This document shows positions 37,808 through 47,739 of a stretch of DNA of 64,000 bases, piece after piece. The notes beneath the pieces were generated by a model. It ran no database searches. It had not been told where the DNA came from and saw only the letters and a program-made list of their open reading frames with translations. The translations under genes were made by a program, and so were the position numbers. Numbering within the stretch: position 1 is the first letter of the stretch; each line of letters opens with the position of its first letter. The DNA is from Bdellovibrionales bacterium (GTDB lineage: Bacteria > Bdellovibrionota > Bdellovibrionia > Bdellovibrionales > UBA1609). Location of the stretch: positions 96,001 through 160,000 of the forward strand of contig OZ241329.1 of assembly GCA_965199825.1 (NCBI GenBank). Reading direction: 5' to 3'.

Positions 37808-39516
37808 AGATCATCTCCGACCGAAGTATTTAAGACTTCCTCAACGGTCGTCAAACCATCGCGAAGTTTTAACAGAGCACTGTGACGCAGAGATTTCATT
37901 CCTTCTTTTTCGATCGCGTAACGCTTTAATTCCAAGGGTGAGCTTCCTTTAAAAATGGCATCCTTAACCGCGCCGGTGATCTTCATCACTTCAAAAATCG
38001 CGATTCGACCTTTGAGGCCGGTGCCTTTACACACTTCACAACCTTCACCTTTACGTGTTTTTGTAAAGGCATCAAGCTCACTTTGTTTTACGCCGAGATC
38101 AATCAAAGTTTCTGGAGCAACTCGATGATCCACCGAACACTTCTCACAGATTTTTTTTATTAAACGCTGAGCCACAACCAGCGAAGTTGCTTCGGCCACC
38201 ATATAAGGAGCAACCCCCATATCAATCAGGCGTGTGACAGTGGCTGCAGCATCATTAGTGTGCAGAGTCGACACCACCAAGTGACCCGTAGACGCCGCTT
38301 TGTAACCAATTTCTGCGGTGATCAAATCGCGAATCTCACCCACCATAATGATCTCGGGATCTTGACGCAAAAAAGATCTTAACACTTCGGGAAAGCCCAA
38401 ACCAATTTCGGCATTGATCTGAACTTGATTGATTCCATCTAAATTGAATTCCACCGGATCTTCTGCGGTCGAAACATTTCGCCGTATCGTATTGAGTTCG
38501 GCCAAGGCCGAATAAATGGTGGTGGTTTTTCCCGAGCCCGTGGGGCCTGTGATCAAAACCATTCCTTGGGGCAGATAAATCGCTTTTTTAAAAACCGCGA
38601 GTTGGTCGGCTTCCATCCCGAGCTTGGTCATATCCACTTGCAAATTGGATTTATCCAAAAGGCGCAGCACCACTTTTTCGCCAAACATTGTGGGCAGAAC
38701 ACTCACCCGAAAATCAACCTCGCGCCCATTGCGCAGTCGCACCTTGAGGCGTCCATCTTGGGCCAAACGGCGCTGCGAGATATCGAGCTTACTCAAAATT
38801 TTTATTCTTGAAGCAATCGCTGCCGCCGTCCCCGGAGGGGGCTGAGTTTTTTCGAGCAAAGTGCCGTCAATGCGAAATCGAATTCGAAATCTTTTTTCAT
38901 AAGGCTCAATATGAATATCAGAGGCCCGTGATTTAATTGCTTCGGCAAGCATCACATTCACAAACTTAACAATGGGGCCTTCATCGGTGTCCTTGATTTG
39001 GTCAATAATTTCTGTTTGGGCGACGGTTCCGGTAAAAGTATCCTCGGAATCTTCCATCTCTTGCATGATCGAAGAAAACTGTTCGGTCCCGCCGTAATAT
39101 TTTTCGATTGCTGCCGTAATGGACTGCTCGCTCGCCACCACAATTTCAATTTTGCATCGAGTGGATAAAGCCAAATCATCTTTGACATAAGTATTTGAGG
39201 GATCCGCAAATGCGACCACCAAAGTCTTATCAACTTTTGAAACCGGAATAATGCAATTTTTTTCGCACACATTGCGCGCAACCGTCTTGATGGTTTCTGG
39301 ATCGATTTCAAAACTTGAAAAATCGATAGTTTGAAATCCATACTGCTGACTTAAAAATTCGGTAAGATCAGACTCTTTGACATAGCCCATGCGAACGATG
39401 GTTGAGGTCAGCCTGCCGCCATTTTGTTTTTGATCGCGGCGCGCCTGTTCGAGTTGGTCCATATCAATAAGATTTTCTCGAACGAGAAGTTCCCCTATAC
39501 CCTGCTTTGCCGCCAT
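37804..39516 (-). CDS. pilB: Type IV pilus extension ATPase PilB
   Basis: N-terminal IGELLV (MshEN-like), ASDIHIEP, GPTGSGKTTT, zinc motifs CEKC and CEVC. Start taken at ATG 39516. Confidence 0.95.
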   Translation of the reverse strand: MAAKQGIGELLVRENLIDMDQLEQARRDQKQNGGRLTSTIVRMGYVKESDLTEFLSQQYGFQTIDFSSFEIDPETIKTVARNVCEKNCIIPVSKVDKTLVVAFADPSNTYVKDDLALSTRCKIEIVVASEQSITAAIEKYYGGTEQFSSIMQEMEDSEDTFTGTVAQTEIIDQIKDTDEGPIVKFVNVMLAEAIKSRASDIHIEPYEKRFRIRFRIDGTLLEKTQPPPGTAAAIASRIKILSKLDISQRRLAQDGRLKVRLRNGREVDFRVSVLPTMFGEKVVLRLLDKSNLQVDMTKLGMEADQLAVFKKAIYLPQGMVLITGPTGSGKTTTIYSALAELNTIRRNVSTAEDPVEFNLDGINQVQINAEIGLGFPEVLRSFLRQDPEIIMVGEIRDLITAEIGYKAASTGHLVVSTLHTNDAAATVTRLIDMGVAPYMVAEATSLVVAQRLIKKICEKCSVDHRVAPETLIDLGVKQSELDAFTKTRKGEGCEVCKGTGLKGRIAIFEVMKITGAVKDAIFKGSSPLELKRYAIEKEGMKSLRHSALLKLRDGLTTVEEVLNTSVGDDL

Positions 39517-39576
39517 ATGTCCTGTTACCCCTATAAAAATATTTTTACATAGGGCCACATTCTTTGTAACTGGCCC

Positions 39577-40398
39577 TTAGTCCGATTTGGCTAGAGCAGC
39601 TGTGAGCGCGGTTTGATATGCAACTTGATCAAGATTCTGATTAAATATTTTTTTAACCCAAAGCGCATCGACCTCGGAGGCCACCTCAATCCCTGAGGTC
39701 ACATGAAGACCAACGCTTAAGGCCTCTTCAAGAAAAATATTTTTTGTTTTGGAAAGACCAAAATCCCACACCACACCGTCTTGGCGAACAAAATTAAAAT
39801 AGAGCAGATCATTTAAAATCGGATTTTCCTTTGAGTCATCAAGGGCATTGACCACAAAACCACTCTCGCCGTGAAGATTGACCAATTCATTTGATGGAAC
39901 AATTTGGAGTGTGGCCCCAAATAATTTTGGCATCATCAGTTTTGAAAACTCTTTTGTTTTTTGGGGATTGCTATCAGTAATCATAAATTTCTTTAAGCCC
40001 GCTTGAAACAGGGCATAGGTTGCAACTCTGGCTAGCGCATCGGTGCCGACCATCAGCACCGACATATCGCGATCCACTTGCGAAAGACTGGATTTAAAAA
40101 GAGTCAATAACGCTTCGATCAACAAACACTCAGGCCACCACTGATGCCCATCAAAATTCAGCGAATCAAAAGCCCCGCCCGCCCGCACAAGTAAGGATTG
40201 AAACTTGAGAGACTCAAGAGCTGTTGCCCCCAGTTCTAATGGAACCCGAATCGCTTTGACGTCGGTTGTTTTGATCAATTCAACAAGATCTTGAGACTCA
40301 CTTGTGATCAATTCATTTGCCACACCCATTTGATTTAAAGTTTGGCAAAGAGTTTGGGAACGCACGTGATTGTGAGGTGAGACATCAAGCCATTTCAT
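39577..40398 (-). CDS. Shikimate dehydrogenase-like protein (divergent)
   Basis: GAFDSL, VLMVGTDALAR, VVNA, VVWDF, SGIEV pattern of the AroE C-terminal domain; aroE-pilB adjacency is known in Geobacter. Confidence 0.55.
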   Translation of the reverse strand: MKWLDVSPHNHVRSQTLCQTLNQMGVANELITSESQDLVELIKTTDVKAIRVPLELGATALESLKFQSLLVRAGGAFDSLNFDGHQWWPECLLIEALLTLFKSSLSQVDRDMSVLMVGTDALARVATYALFQAGLKKFMITDSNPQKTKEFSKLMMPKLFGATLQIVPSNELVNLHGESGFVVNALDDSKENPILNDLLYFNFVRQDGVVWDFGLSKTKNIFLEEALSVGLHVTSGIEVASEVDALWVKKIFNQNLDQVAYQTALTAALAKSD

Positions 40399-41294
40399 TT
40401 TTTAAGCTTTGCAAAATGATCACGTGCGAAGTTGGAGTCCTCTGCGATTTGCTTTTTTAATTCGTCAAGTGAGCCAAATTTTTTTTCATCACGAATGCGG
40501 GCTAAGAACTCAACTCGCAAATCGGTGTCATACAAATTTTGATTATAATCAAAAAGATGCACTTCGACCAAGGGCTCCGTGCGCTCAACCACGGTGGGCG
40601 CATAACCCACATTGGTCACGCCCTCATACTGCGAATTGACTCGTGTGATGTAGACACCTGTTTTTGGAATCAGCTCTGAGAATGTTTTTAAGTTTGCGGT
40701 GGGGTATCCGAGCTGGCGACCGCGACCCTCGCCTTTGATCACGCGGCCAACCATTTCATAAGGTCTTCCCAAAAACAATTGGGCGCGCTCCACATTGCCA
40801 TCACTTAAAAACTGGCGCACAGAATTGGATGAGACCACTTGACCATCAATTTTGAGGGCCTCAACAACATTAAGATTAAAACCCATTTGCCTGAGCAAAT
40901 CGATTGAACCCTTGCGATCGGCACCGAATGAAAAATCATATCCCACCACCACATGTTGCGGATTTAAAATCTTAAGAATTTGATCCAAAAAATTTTCCGG
41001 CGGAGTTTGGGCAAACTCCAATGTAAAGGGCTCGACCACTAAGGTCTCGACACCCAATGATTCCATTTGTGAGGAAAGCTGATCTGCGGTGCAGATTTTT
41101 TTTAAATTTTTATTTGGAAAAAGCACACGCACTGGGTGCGGCGAAAATGTCATGACCACAGACCTCTGGCCAAAGGACTTTACAATACGAATCAACTCCT
41201 GATGACCAAGATGGACCCCATCAAAATTGCCAATGGTGAGAGCTGTCGCGTTGAATTTTTGTTGGATTTGCGAAAGTCCTTCAAAGAGCCGCAT
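40395..41294 (-). CDS. ribF: Bifunctional riboflavin kinase/FAD synthetase
   Basis: TIGNFDGVHLGH, VGYDFSFG, GRQLGYPTAN, EVHLFDY, IRDEKKF. Confidence 0.96.
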   Translation of the reverse strand: MRLFEGLSQIQQKFNATALTIGNFDGVHLGHQELIRIVKSFGQRSVVMTFSPHPVRVLFPNKNLKKICTADQLSSQMESLGVETLVVEPFTLEFAQTPPENFLDQILKILNPQHVVVGYDFSFGADRKGSIDLLRQMGFNLNVVEALKIDGQVVSSNSVRQFLSDGNVERAQLFLGRPYEMVGRVIKGEGRGRQLGYPTANLKTFSELIPKTGVYITRVNSQYEGVTNVGYAPTVVERTEPLVEVHLFDYNQNLYDTDLRVEFLARIRDEKKFGSLDELKKQIAEDSNFARDHFAKLKK

Positions 41295-41359
41295 GCCAAT
41301 AACCTACTTAAGAGAAGTACCAATTGAAAACATCCATCTCTTTTGCGACATTGCGTTAG

Positions 41360-43207
41360 ATGCCTTCGCACACATTTCGTCGCACCTCTTATTTTTATCT
41401 CCAAATTTGGCACAGGCTCTCGCCTCACCTTGGAATTCTTGTTCGTGCAGCAGTGTGCTGGGGGATTGGTCTTGTAGTCCTGCTCTTTGATCGACCTAGC
41501 CAGTTTGATCGGCGATTTGACTTTCGTGGCCGACAGCGTGTGGATGCCAATGTGGTTTTGATCCAATTTACTCCGAATGAATGGAGTGAGCTCAACGGAC
41601 TTAAAGGTCGATTATTAAGACCTCTTAAAGAGATGCTTGTTGTTGGCGACAATTTTTTTTGGAAAGAAGATGTCTGGCACACCCTGCTTGAACGCATCTT
41701 GCGCAACCATCCCAAAGCCATCGTAAATACCTTTTTTTTCGACTCACAAATTTTTGCCAACAAAACAGATTCTGTTTTTTGCGATGACCGGGTGATCTGG
41801 GCAGCAAACCTCGATAATTTTGGCCGTTTGCTGATGCCGTTTTTTGCCAATAACTATGGCGACAATGTGGGTACGGTTGAACTTCCTCTTGATGACGATC
41901 GAGTGGTCAGACGTTTTAGTTCACCTTTGTTGCAAGTTCCAAACATCGCTCATCGCACGGGCGAAAAGATCGGCACACCGTTTTTGCGTGAGACCCTTCC
42001 CTCGGGGGAATCAAAATTAATTAATTTTAGAGGACCTCAAAATACTTTTCCCTCGTTTTCACTCACCCAGATTTTTGATAATAAATTTCCCGAAGATTAT
42101 TTTGCCGGTAAAATTGTGGTGCTCGGAGTGAAAGATTCTGGCGCCCACGAGATGCAAACTCCGGTTGGCGAGATGAGTAGCAGCGAAATTTACGCCAATA
42201 TTTTTGATAATCTTGAGACCTCACGTTGGATCAAGCCGGTGCCAATTGCGATCGTTCTTGCGTATCTCGCCCTCTTAGTCGGCCTTGCGATTGTATTGTT
42301 ACTTCGCTATCCGCAAATTGTTTCGTCTTCGGTATTGCTCGTCGTGGCACTCGTGATTTTAACATTTTCACTTTATCTGTTTGATGCCTTTGCGATTTGG
42401 CTTCCGGTGATTTCTCCATTAAGCGCTCTGTTTTCGACCTACATGGTTTTTGTGAGTTACCAACTGACACTTAAAGAAAATATGAATTGGCGACTCGAGC
42501 AAGAACGCCGCAATTTTTTACAGCTCGAAACAATGAAAAATAATTTTTTATCTTTAATCAGTCATGATCTTAAAACACCCATCGCCAAGATCCAGGCGAT
42601 TTGTGATCGGTTGATGAACGAAGGTGTGGTGAGCGAAGGTTTAAAAGGAATTCGCAAAGAGAGTATGGAACTCTATCGTTATATTCAGAGCATTTTACAA
42701 ATCAGTCGGGTTGAAAGTAATGCGCTTAAATTAAGACGCGACGCTGTCGATTTGAATGTTTTAATCGAACGTGTGGCCGAACTTCTGCGCCCTCTCGCCA
42801 ACGAGAAGCAAATACAAATAACTCTTATTTTAGAACCACTTTTTACCATCGAAGCCGATGCGTCTTTGATCCAAGAAGTGACTTTAAATCTTGTTGAAAA
42901 TGCAATTAAGTATTCACCGACCCACTCCGAGATTAAAATCTACTCCGAAGAGCAAAAAGATCTGATCAAAGTGACGGTGGTCGATCAGGGGCCCGGCGTC
43001 CCCAACGATGAGGTCGAAAAAATCTTTCAAAAATTTTATCGCGGAAAAAAACAAATCCACTCTTCAACTGGCACGGGACTTGGACTGTATCTCGTGAAGT
43101 ATTTTATTGAGCTGCACGGCGGAGTCGTTTTTATGGAAAACATTCCCGATCACAGTTTCTCGATTGGGTATACGCTTCCCCTCGAAAACGATTCTGACCA
43201 CGCCTAA
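41360..43207 (+). CDS. CHASE2-domain sensor histidine kinase
   Basis: DDDRVVRR, LINFRGP, FAGKIVVLG, TPVG (CHASE2); three TM segments; SHDLKTP, ENAIKYS, GTGLGL. Confidence 0.88.
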   Translation: MPSHTFRRTSYFYLQIWHRLSPHLGILVRAAVCWGIGLVVLLFDRPSQFDRRFDFRGRQRVDANVVLIQFTPNEWSELNGLKGRLLRPLKEMLVVGDNFFWKEDVWHTLLERILRNHPKAIVNTFFFDSQIFANKTDSVFCDDRVIWAANLDNFGRLLMPFFANNYGDNVGTVELPLDDDRVVRRFSSPLLQVPNIAHRTGEKIGTPFLRETLPSGESKLINFRGPQNTFPSFSLTQIFDNKFPEDYFAGKIVVLGVKDSGAHEMQTPVGEMSSSEIYANIFDNLETSRWIKPVPIAIVLAYLALLVGLAIVLLLRYPQIVSSSVLLVVALVILTFSLYLFDAFAIWLPVISPLSALFSTYMVFVSYQLTLKENMNWRLEQERRNFLQLETMKNNFLSLISHDLKTPIAKIQAICDRLMNEGVVSEGLKGIRKESMELYRYIQSILQISRVESNALKLRRDAVDLNVLIERVAELLRPLANEKQIQITLILEPLFTIEADASLIQEVTLNLVENAIKYSPTHSEIKIYSEEQKDLIKVTVVDQGPGVPNDEVEKIFQKFYRGKKQIHSSTGTGLGLYLVKYFIELHGGVVFMENIPDHSFSIGYTLPLENDSDHA

Positions 43208-43219
43208 AGGAGTTAAGTA

Positions 43220-44626
43220 GTGACCAAGTTAAATGTATTGATTGTTGATGATGAGACCGAACTACGTAAATCGGTCGGAACCATTTTGAAACAAAGTTTG
43301 CCCGAGTTTGAGTTTTTTATAGCTGAGGCCACCAATGGTCGCGAGGCTGTGGATCTCGTTGGCTCCTCATCCTTTGATCTTGTTTTGATGGATGTTCGTA
43401 TGCCTGAGATGGACGGTCTTGAGGCTCTAAATGCGATCAAAGCCAAGGACCCCCGTGTGTTTGTGGTGATCATGACCGCACACGCGAACTTGACCGATGC
43501 GGTTCGAGCGATTCGCGAAGGTGCCTATGATTATGTTGAAAAACCAGTTCAACCCGATCGTTTGGTTCATATCGTTAAAAAAGCAATCGAGACCCAAGCG
43601 ATGGTCTCTGACTTAACAGTTGCGAGTCCTATTTTTGATGACGACGTGGATTCTGAATTTGTTGGATCAAATCAAAAAATGCGTGAAGTGTTTCACTTGA
43701 TCAATAAATTGAGCCATGTCGATACCACCGTGATGATTCGCGGTGAGAATGGCACAGGCAAAGAGCTTGTGGCAAAAGCGATTCACCAAAATTCTCCGCG
43801 CAAAGATGGCCAGTTTATCGCCATCAACTGCGGCGCCATTCCTGAGGGATTAATGGAGAGCGAACTTTTCGGTCATGAACGTGGTGCATTTACGGATGCT
43901 ATCGAACGTAAGATCGGCAAATTTCAATTGGCTACGCATGGAACTTTGTTTCTTGATGAGATCGCTGAATTAAAACCCGAAATGCAGGTCAAACTCCTTC
44001 GTGTCCTTCAAGAAAAAATATTTACTCCAGTTGGAGCCAATCGCGAAATCAAGAGCAATGCTCGAGTGATCGCGGCGACTAATCGCAATCTTGAAAAAAT
44101 GATTGAAGACGGCGAATTTAGAGAAGATTTATTTTATCGCCTCAATGTGATGCCCATCTTTTTGCCTCCTTTGCGTGATCGCACCGATGATCTTTCGCAA
44201 TTGATCGAATATTTCATCCGTAAATTTAACACCGCCCAAGGTCGATCGATCAATGGCGTTGCAGGTGATGCACTCCAAGCAATGAGAGCGTATCGCTGGC
44301 CCGGAAATATTCGCGAACTCGAGAATGTGATTGAGCGCGCTTTCGTGGTCGAAACAGGAGAGATCATCACCTTGGCTTCTTTACCCGAAGCGGTGCTGAC
44401 GCCTTCGCATGAATTTGGATTTGAATTACCAAAAAATTATTCAGGCCCAATGGATTTTGATCGATTTAAATCTCAGACCGAAAAAGAGTTTATCGTTCAG
44501 GCTCTTAAGGCCAACCGCGGTCGCATCAACAAGACGGTGGCCACTGCAAATATTCCGAAGAATACTCTTCTTCGAAAAATTCGTAAGTACGCCATCAATG
44601 TGAAAGAACTTGCTCAACAGCAGTAA
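43220..44626 (+). CDS. Sigma54-dependent response regulator (NtrC family)
   Basis: Receiver domain, GENGTGKE, GAFTDA, WPGNIRELEN, HTH; AAGGAG ribosome-binding site. Confidence 0.92.
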   Translation: MTKLNVLIVDDETELRKSVGTILKQSLPEFEFFIAEATNGREAVDLVGSSSFDLVLMDVRMPEMDGLEALNAIKAKDPRVFVVIMTAHANLTDAVRAIREGAYDYVEKPVQPDRLVHIVKKAIETQAMVSDLTVASPIFDDDVDSEFVGSNQKMREVFHLINKLSHVDTTVMIRGENGTGKELVAKAIHQNSPRKDGQFIAINCGAIPEGLMESELFGHERGAFTDAIERKIGKFQLATHGTLFLDEIAELKPEMQVKLLRVLQEKIFTPVGANREIKSNARVIAATNRNLEKMIEDGEFREDLFYRLNVMPIFLPPLRDRTDDLSQLIEYFIRKFNTAQGRSINGVAGDALQAMRAYRWPGNIRELENVIERAFVVETGEIITLASLPEAVLTPSHEFGFELPKNYSGPMDFDRFKSQTEKEFIVQALKANRGRINKTVATANIPKNTLLRKIRKYAINVKELAQQQ

Positions 44627-44646
44627 GACATTGGTCTAATAAAGGT

Positions 44647-44673
44647 AGAGCGTTTCAAAATCTGAGGCGCTCT
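44647..44673 (+). terminator. Stem-loop after the NtrC-family gene
   Basis: AGAGCGTTTCA-aaatc-TGAGGCGCTCT: 11 bp with two G-U pairs; weak U tract. Confidence 0.35.
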
Positions 44674-44690
44674 TAACGTAAAATAAGGCA

Positions 44691-45827
44691 ATGAGACAAA
44701 CCCATTGCCGTTTTTTTTCTGGCTACAAACCCTGTGGCAAAAACCCAATTTGCTCCGAAGATTGCAGTTTTAAAAGTATTCCTAATACCCGAATCTTGAT
44801 CATTAGCCTTGAGGCCATGGGTGCGGTTTTACGCAGTACTGTTATTTTAGAACCACTCAAAAAGAAATATCCCGAAAGTCATATCACTTGGATCACAGAG
44901 CCCTCGGCACTTGGTTTATTGCAGAACAATCCCCTGATTGATCGATTGACCTCGGTGCCAAATCTTTTGGATCTTGAGGCATTGGAATTTGATATTGCCT
45001 ATGTGGTCGACAAATCTCTTAGAGCTCAAGGAATTTTAAGTCGCATAAAAACAAAATCAGTTTATGGGTTCCGTGCAGACAAGCGCTCCGGCGCAATCTT
45101 ACCCGCATCTCTCGCGGCCAAAGAATTATGGGAAATCGGATTATCGAATCAAAAGAAATTTTTTGAAAATAAAAAGCCAGAAACTCAATTGTTGATTGAA
45201 GCTTTAGAACTCGGGCCCTTTGAGCGCTCCCCTTATGTACTAAAACTATCACCTCAAGAGCAGCGCGAAGCCGTTAAGCGCAAAAACTTATGGAATGGCA
45301 CTCCCTTGATTGGAATAAATATGGGAGCAAGCAATGTGATTCCGTATAAAAAATGGACCAAGGAATTTCAACGCGAACTCTGTCAGGCCCTGCCCTTTCA
45401 GATTGTTCTTCTTGGTGGACCCGATGAAAAACCGATGGCCGAATTTATTTCTAATGGGTTAGAGCATGTGCATGTGTCGCCTCTCGAAAATGGGGTGCGC
45501 GACGGAGTGATCAGTTTATCTGCGTGTGATCTGATTGTGTCTGGCGACAGTTTAGGAATGCATCTTGGCATTGCGCTCAAAAAATATGTTATCGCCTGGT
45601 TTGGGCCAACCTGCGAGCAAGAAATTGATTTGTATGATCGAGGCCAAAAATTGTTGAGTGCTGCACCTTGCAGCCCGTGTTGGAAGAGACATTGTGAACA
45701 ACCCTTGATGTGCTATGATCAGGTGGCTCTTAAAGATGTGATTGCAGCAATTTATAAGGGACTTGAGTGCCAAACTTACTTATCCAAACCGCTTTTCTCG
45801 GAGACCTCCTTCTCGCAATCCCTTTAA
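44691..45827 (+). CDS. Glycosyltransferase family 9 (LPS heptosyltransferase-like) with a Cys-rich N-terminus
   Basis: AMGAVLRST, SGDSLGMHLGIA, WFGPT, CSPC. Confidence 0.85.
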   Translation: MRQTHCRFFSGYKPCGKNPICSEDCSFKSIPNTRILIISLEAMGAVLRSTVILEPLKKKYPESHITWITEPSALGLLQNNPLIDRLTSVPNLLDLEALEFDIAYVVDKSLRAQGILSRIKTKSVYGFRADKRSGAILPASLAAKELWEIGLSNQKKFFENKKPETQLLIEALELGPFERSPYVLKLSPQEQREAVKRKNLWNGTPLIGINMGASNVIPYKKWTKEFQRELCQALPFQIVLLGGPDEKPMAEFISNGLEHVHVSPLENGVRDGVISLSACDLIVSGDSLGMHLGIALKKYVIAWFGPTCEQEIDLYDRGQKLLSAAPCSPCWKRHCEQPLMCYDQVALKDVIAAIYKGLECQTYLSKPLFSETSFSQSL

Positions 45828-46786
45828 TCCGGGCTATCAAAAAAAAGTATCAACAACCATTGTTTATCGTGTGTCGCAAAGGTCTAGGGCAATTGCTGCT
45901 CGATCTTAAATTGTGCGACAAAGTTTTTGAAGTCGAACGCGGAAATGGGAAAGATAAAAATCAGGTTTTTAAAAATCTAAAATCGTTAAAATTTGATTTG
46001 ATCTTTTGTCCTCATCAATCTTTTAGAACAGCGCGACTTGTAAGCCAATTGAGTGCAAATCAAAAAATCGGATTTTATCGTTGGTGGAATTTTTTGAACT
46101 TTGACGTTCGGATCAAAAGAGATCCCACCCTTCCCGATGCACTGAGGCAATTGTCTTTGATTGAACACCCCATCAGCGTTCCCAACCTTAAAACCCGGAC
46201 GACAGTGATCTTTAATTCTTTAGTCCCTTCGCCAATGAAATTGCTGAGCGAAACCACAAAAACAAAAACGATTTTAATTTCACCCGGAAGTGTTTGGCCG
46301 ACCAAGCGATGGACGCTACAGGGATTCAAAGAGCTTGTGATCAAACTCAAAGATCTTGACCACTCGGTTGTCATCATCGGCAGTCCTGATGAGAAAATTT
46401 TGTGTGAAGAGGTCGCACAAGGGTTGGTCGAAAATAAAGCGGGCCAGTTGAGTTTGACCGAACTCGTCCATCTGATGGCAAAATCTCAAGTGCTTGTTAC
46501 CAATGACAGTGGAGCGATGCATTTGGCAAGTGTGGCAGGTTTAAAAACGGTTGCGATGTTTGGGCCGACTGTATTGGATTTTGGGTATCGCCCTTGGCAA
46601 GATCAGGCAATCGTTGTTCAACAAGATCTTGGGTGCAGACCTTGCGCAAAGCATGGTGGGCTTAAGTGTCCTTTGGGTCATCATCACTGCATGACCCAGA
46701 TCAGTTCGGATCGGGTCTTAGGGCACATCCTTACCCTTATCAATTCCGACGACTTTGGCCACCAGAGTTCCAATCTTAATCACTGA
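45767..46786 (+). CDS. Glycosyltransferase family 9 (heptosyltransferase II, WaaF-like)
   Basis: QTAFLGDLLL, PGSVWPTKRW, TNDSGAMHLA, MFGPT, CRPC. Confidence 0.88.
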   Translation: MPNLLIQTAFLGDLLLAIPLIRAIKKKYQQPLFIVCRKGLGQLLLDLKLCDKVFEVERGNGKDKNQVFKNLKSLKFDLIFCPHQSFRTARLVSQLSANQKIGFYRWWNFLNFDVRIKRDPTLPDALRQLSLIEHPISVPNLKTRTTVIFNSLVPSPMKLLSETTKTKTILISPGSVWPTKRWTLQGFKELVIKLKDLDHSVVIIGSPDEKILCEEVAQGLVENKAGQLSLTELVHLMAKSQVLVTNDSGAMHLASVAGLKTVAMFGPTVLDFGYRPWQDQAIVVQQDLGCRPCAKHGGLKCPLGHHHCMTQISSDRVLGHILTLINSDDFGHQSSNLNH

Positions 46787-47728
46787 CTCGATTCGTACGA
46801 TCATTTTTCGATCATCATCGGTCACATAAAATAGAATTTCGCCGACCGGTTTAAAAAATCCATCGATCTGAAAATCGGGTTTGATCACCACAGTTTTAAT
46901 CACACCCACATCGGTGCTCAAGATTTCTTGTCGCAACACATGGCCGTTAAATACGATATTCTTACCTTCGTCCACCAATCGGAAATGGATAGTCTTACCC
47001 GGTATCAAAGTAAAATTTCGCATGTAGTAAGCAGCGCTGATGATGTTTTGCGAAAAAGGCAAAACCGCCCAATCCATTTTTTTCTTTTCCTCGCCATTAT
47101 CTTTCGAAACTTTCTTTTCCCAATAATCGGCAGTGAGTTTTTCATGATCAATAATCGAGCGAATCTCTTTGAGCTGCTTACTCTCTTTGACATGGACTTC
47201 TAAATTTTGGGGAAGAAGAGTTTCGTAATCGACATAAGTATCAGCAACATCGTCAACACTGTAAAAGCGCGAAAAAAAATCGTTACTCTTTGCTGTAATT
47301 TGAAAATGATAAGCTTTTTTGCCGTTCACTTCGACAAAGGGCATCACTTTGATTTTGAGATGACCCGCGGTCATTCGGAGATAGGTGATCGCGAGATCTA
47401 CCTCCTCGCCCACACGAAATGGATCCTTGATTGGACGGCGGCCCGCAAAACCCTCGGTCTCTTCGATACTCGGCTCGCGGCCCTTTGGAGCTTCCGGCAC
47501 AATCAGCTTTCCTTTTTTTGCACGTTTTTTAAATGGCTTTGCCTTTACGACTCGGAGCTTGGGTTGTGGAGTGTCCGAGGGGAGAGGTGCGGGCTCGCCG
47601 ATTTCACGAATCATCAATTTTTTATCGTACTCGTCGTTGGACTCAAGAAGTTTGACGTTGTCGTATTTTGGCGCCCGATCAGCGCAACCCATAAAAAACA
47701 AAATCACAGAAATAAATAAAAAACGCAT
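46718..47728 (-). CDS. DUF3108-like lipoprotein
   Basis: Lipobox FMGC; PFRVGE, FYSVDD, YVTDDDRKMIVRIE...IG. Confidence 0.7.
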   Translation of the reverse strand: MRFLFISVILFFMGCADRAPKYDNVKLLESNDEYDKKLMIREIGEPAPLPSDTPQPKLRVVKAKPFKKRAKKGKLIVPEAPKGREPSIEETEGFAGRRPIKDPFRVGEEVDLAITYLRMTAGHLKIKVMPFVEVNGKKAYHFQITAKSNDFFSRFYSVDDVADTYVDYETLLPQNLEVHVKESKQLKEIRSIIDHEKLTADYWEKKVSKDNGEEKKKMDWAVLPFSQNIISAAYYMRNFTLIPGKTIHFRLVDEGKNIVFNGHVLRQEILSTDVGVIKTVVIKPDFQIDGFFKPVGEILFYVTDDDRKMIVRIESVIKIGTLVAKVVGIDKGKDVP

Positions 47729-47739
47729 GGTGCCCCCAC

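Noticed and set aside
41192..41850. Antisense and alternate-frame ORFs (e.g. 41192-41566, 41425-41850; also 47207-47719, 54159-54626, 61268-61744)
   Set aside because: They lie within well-supported genes and have no motifs; treated as shadow ORFs.
43880..43900. GAFTDA instead of GAFTGA in the NtrC-family regulator as a sign of lost sigma54 contact
   Set aside because: GAFTDA is a common natural variant, and the key Phe and Thr are intact.
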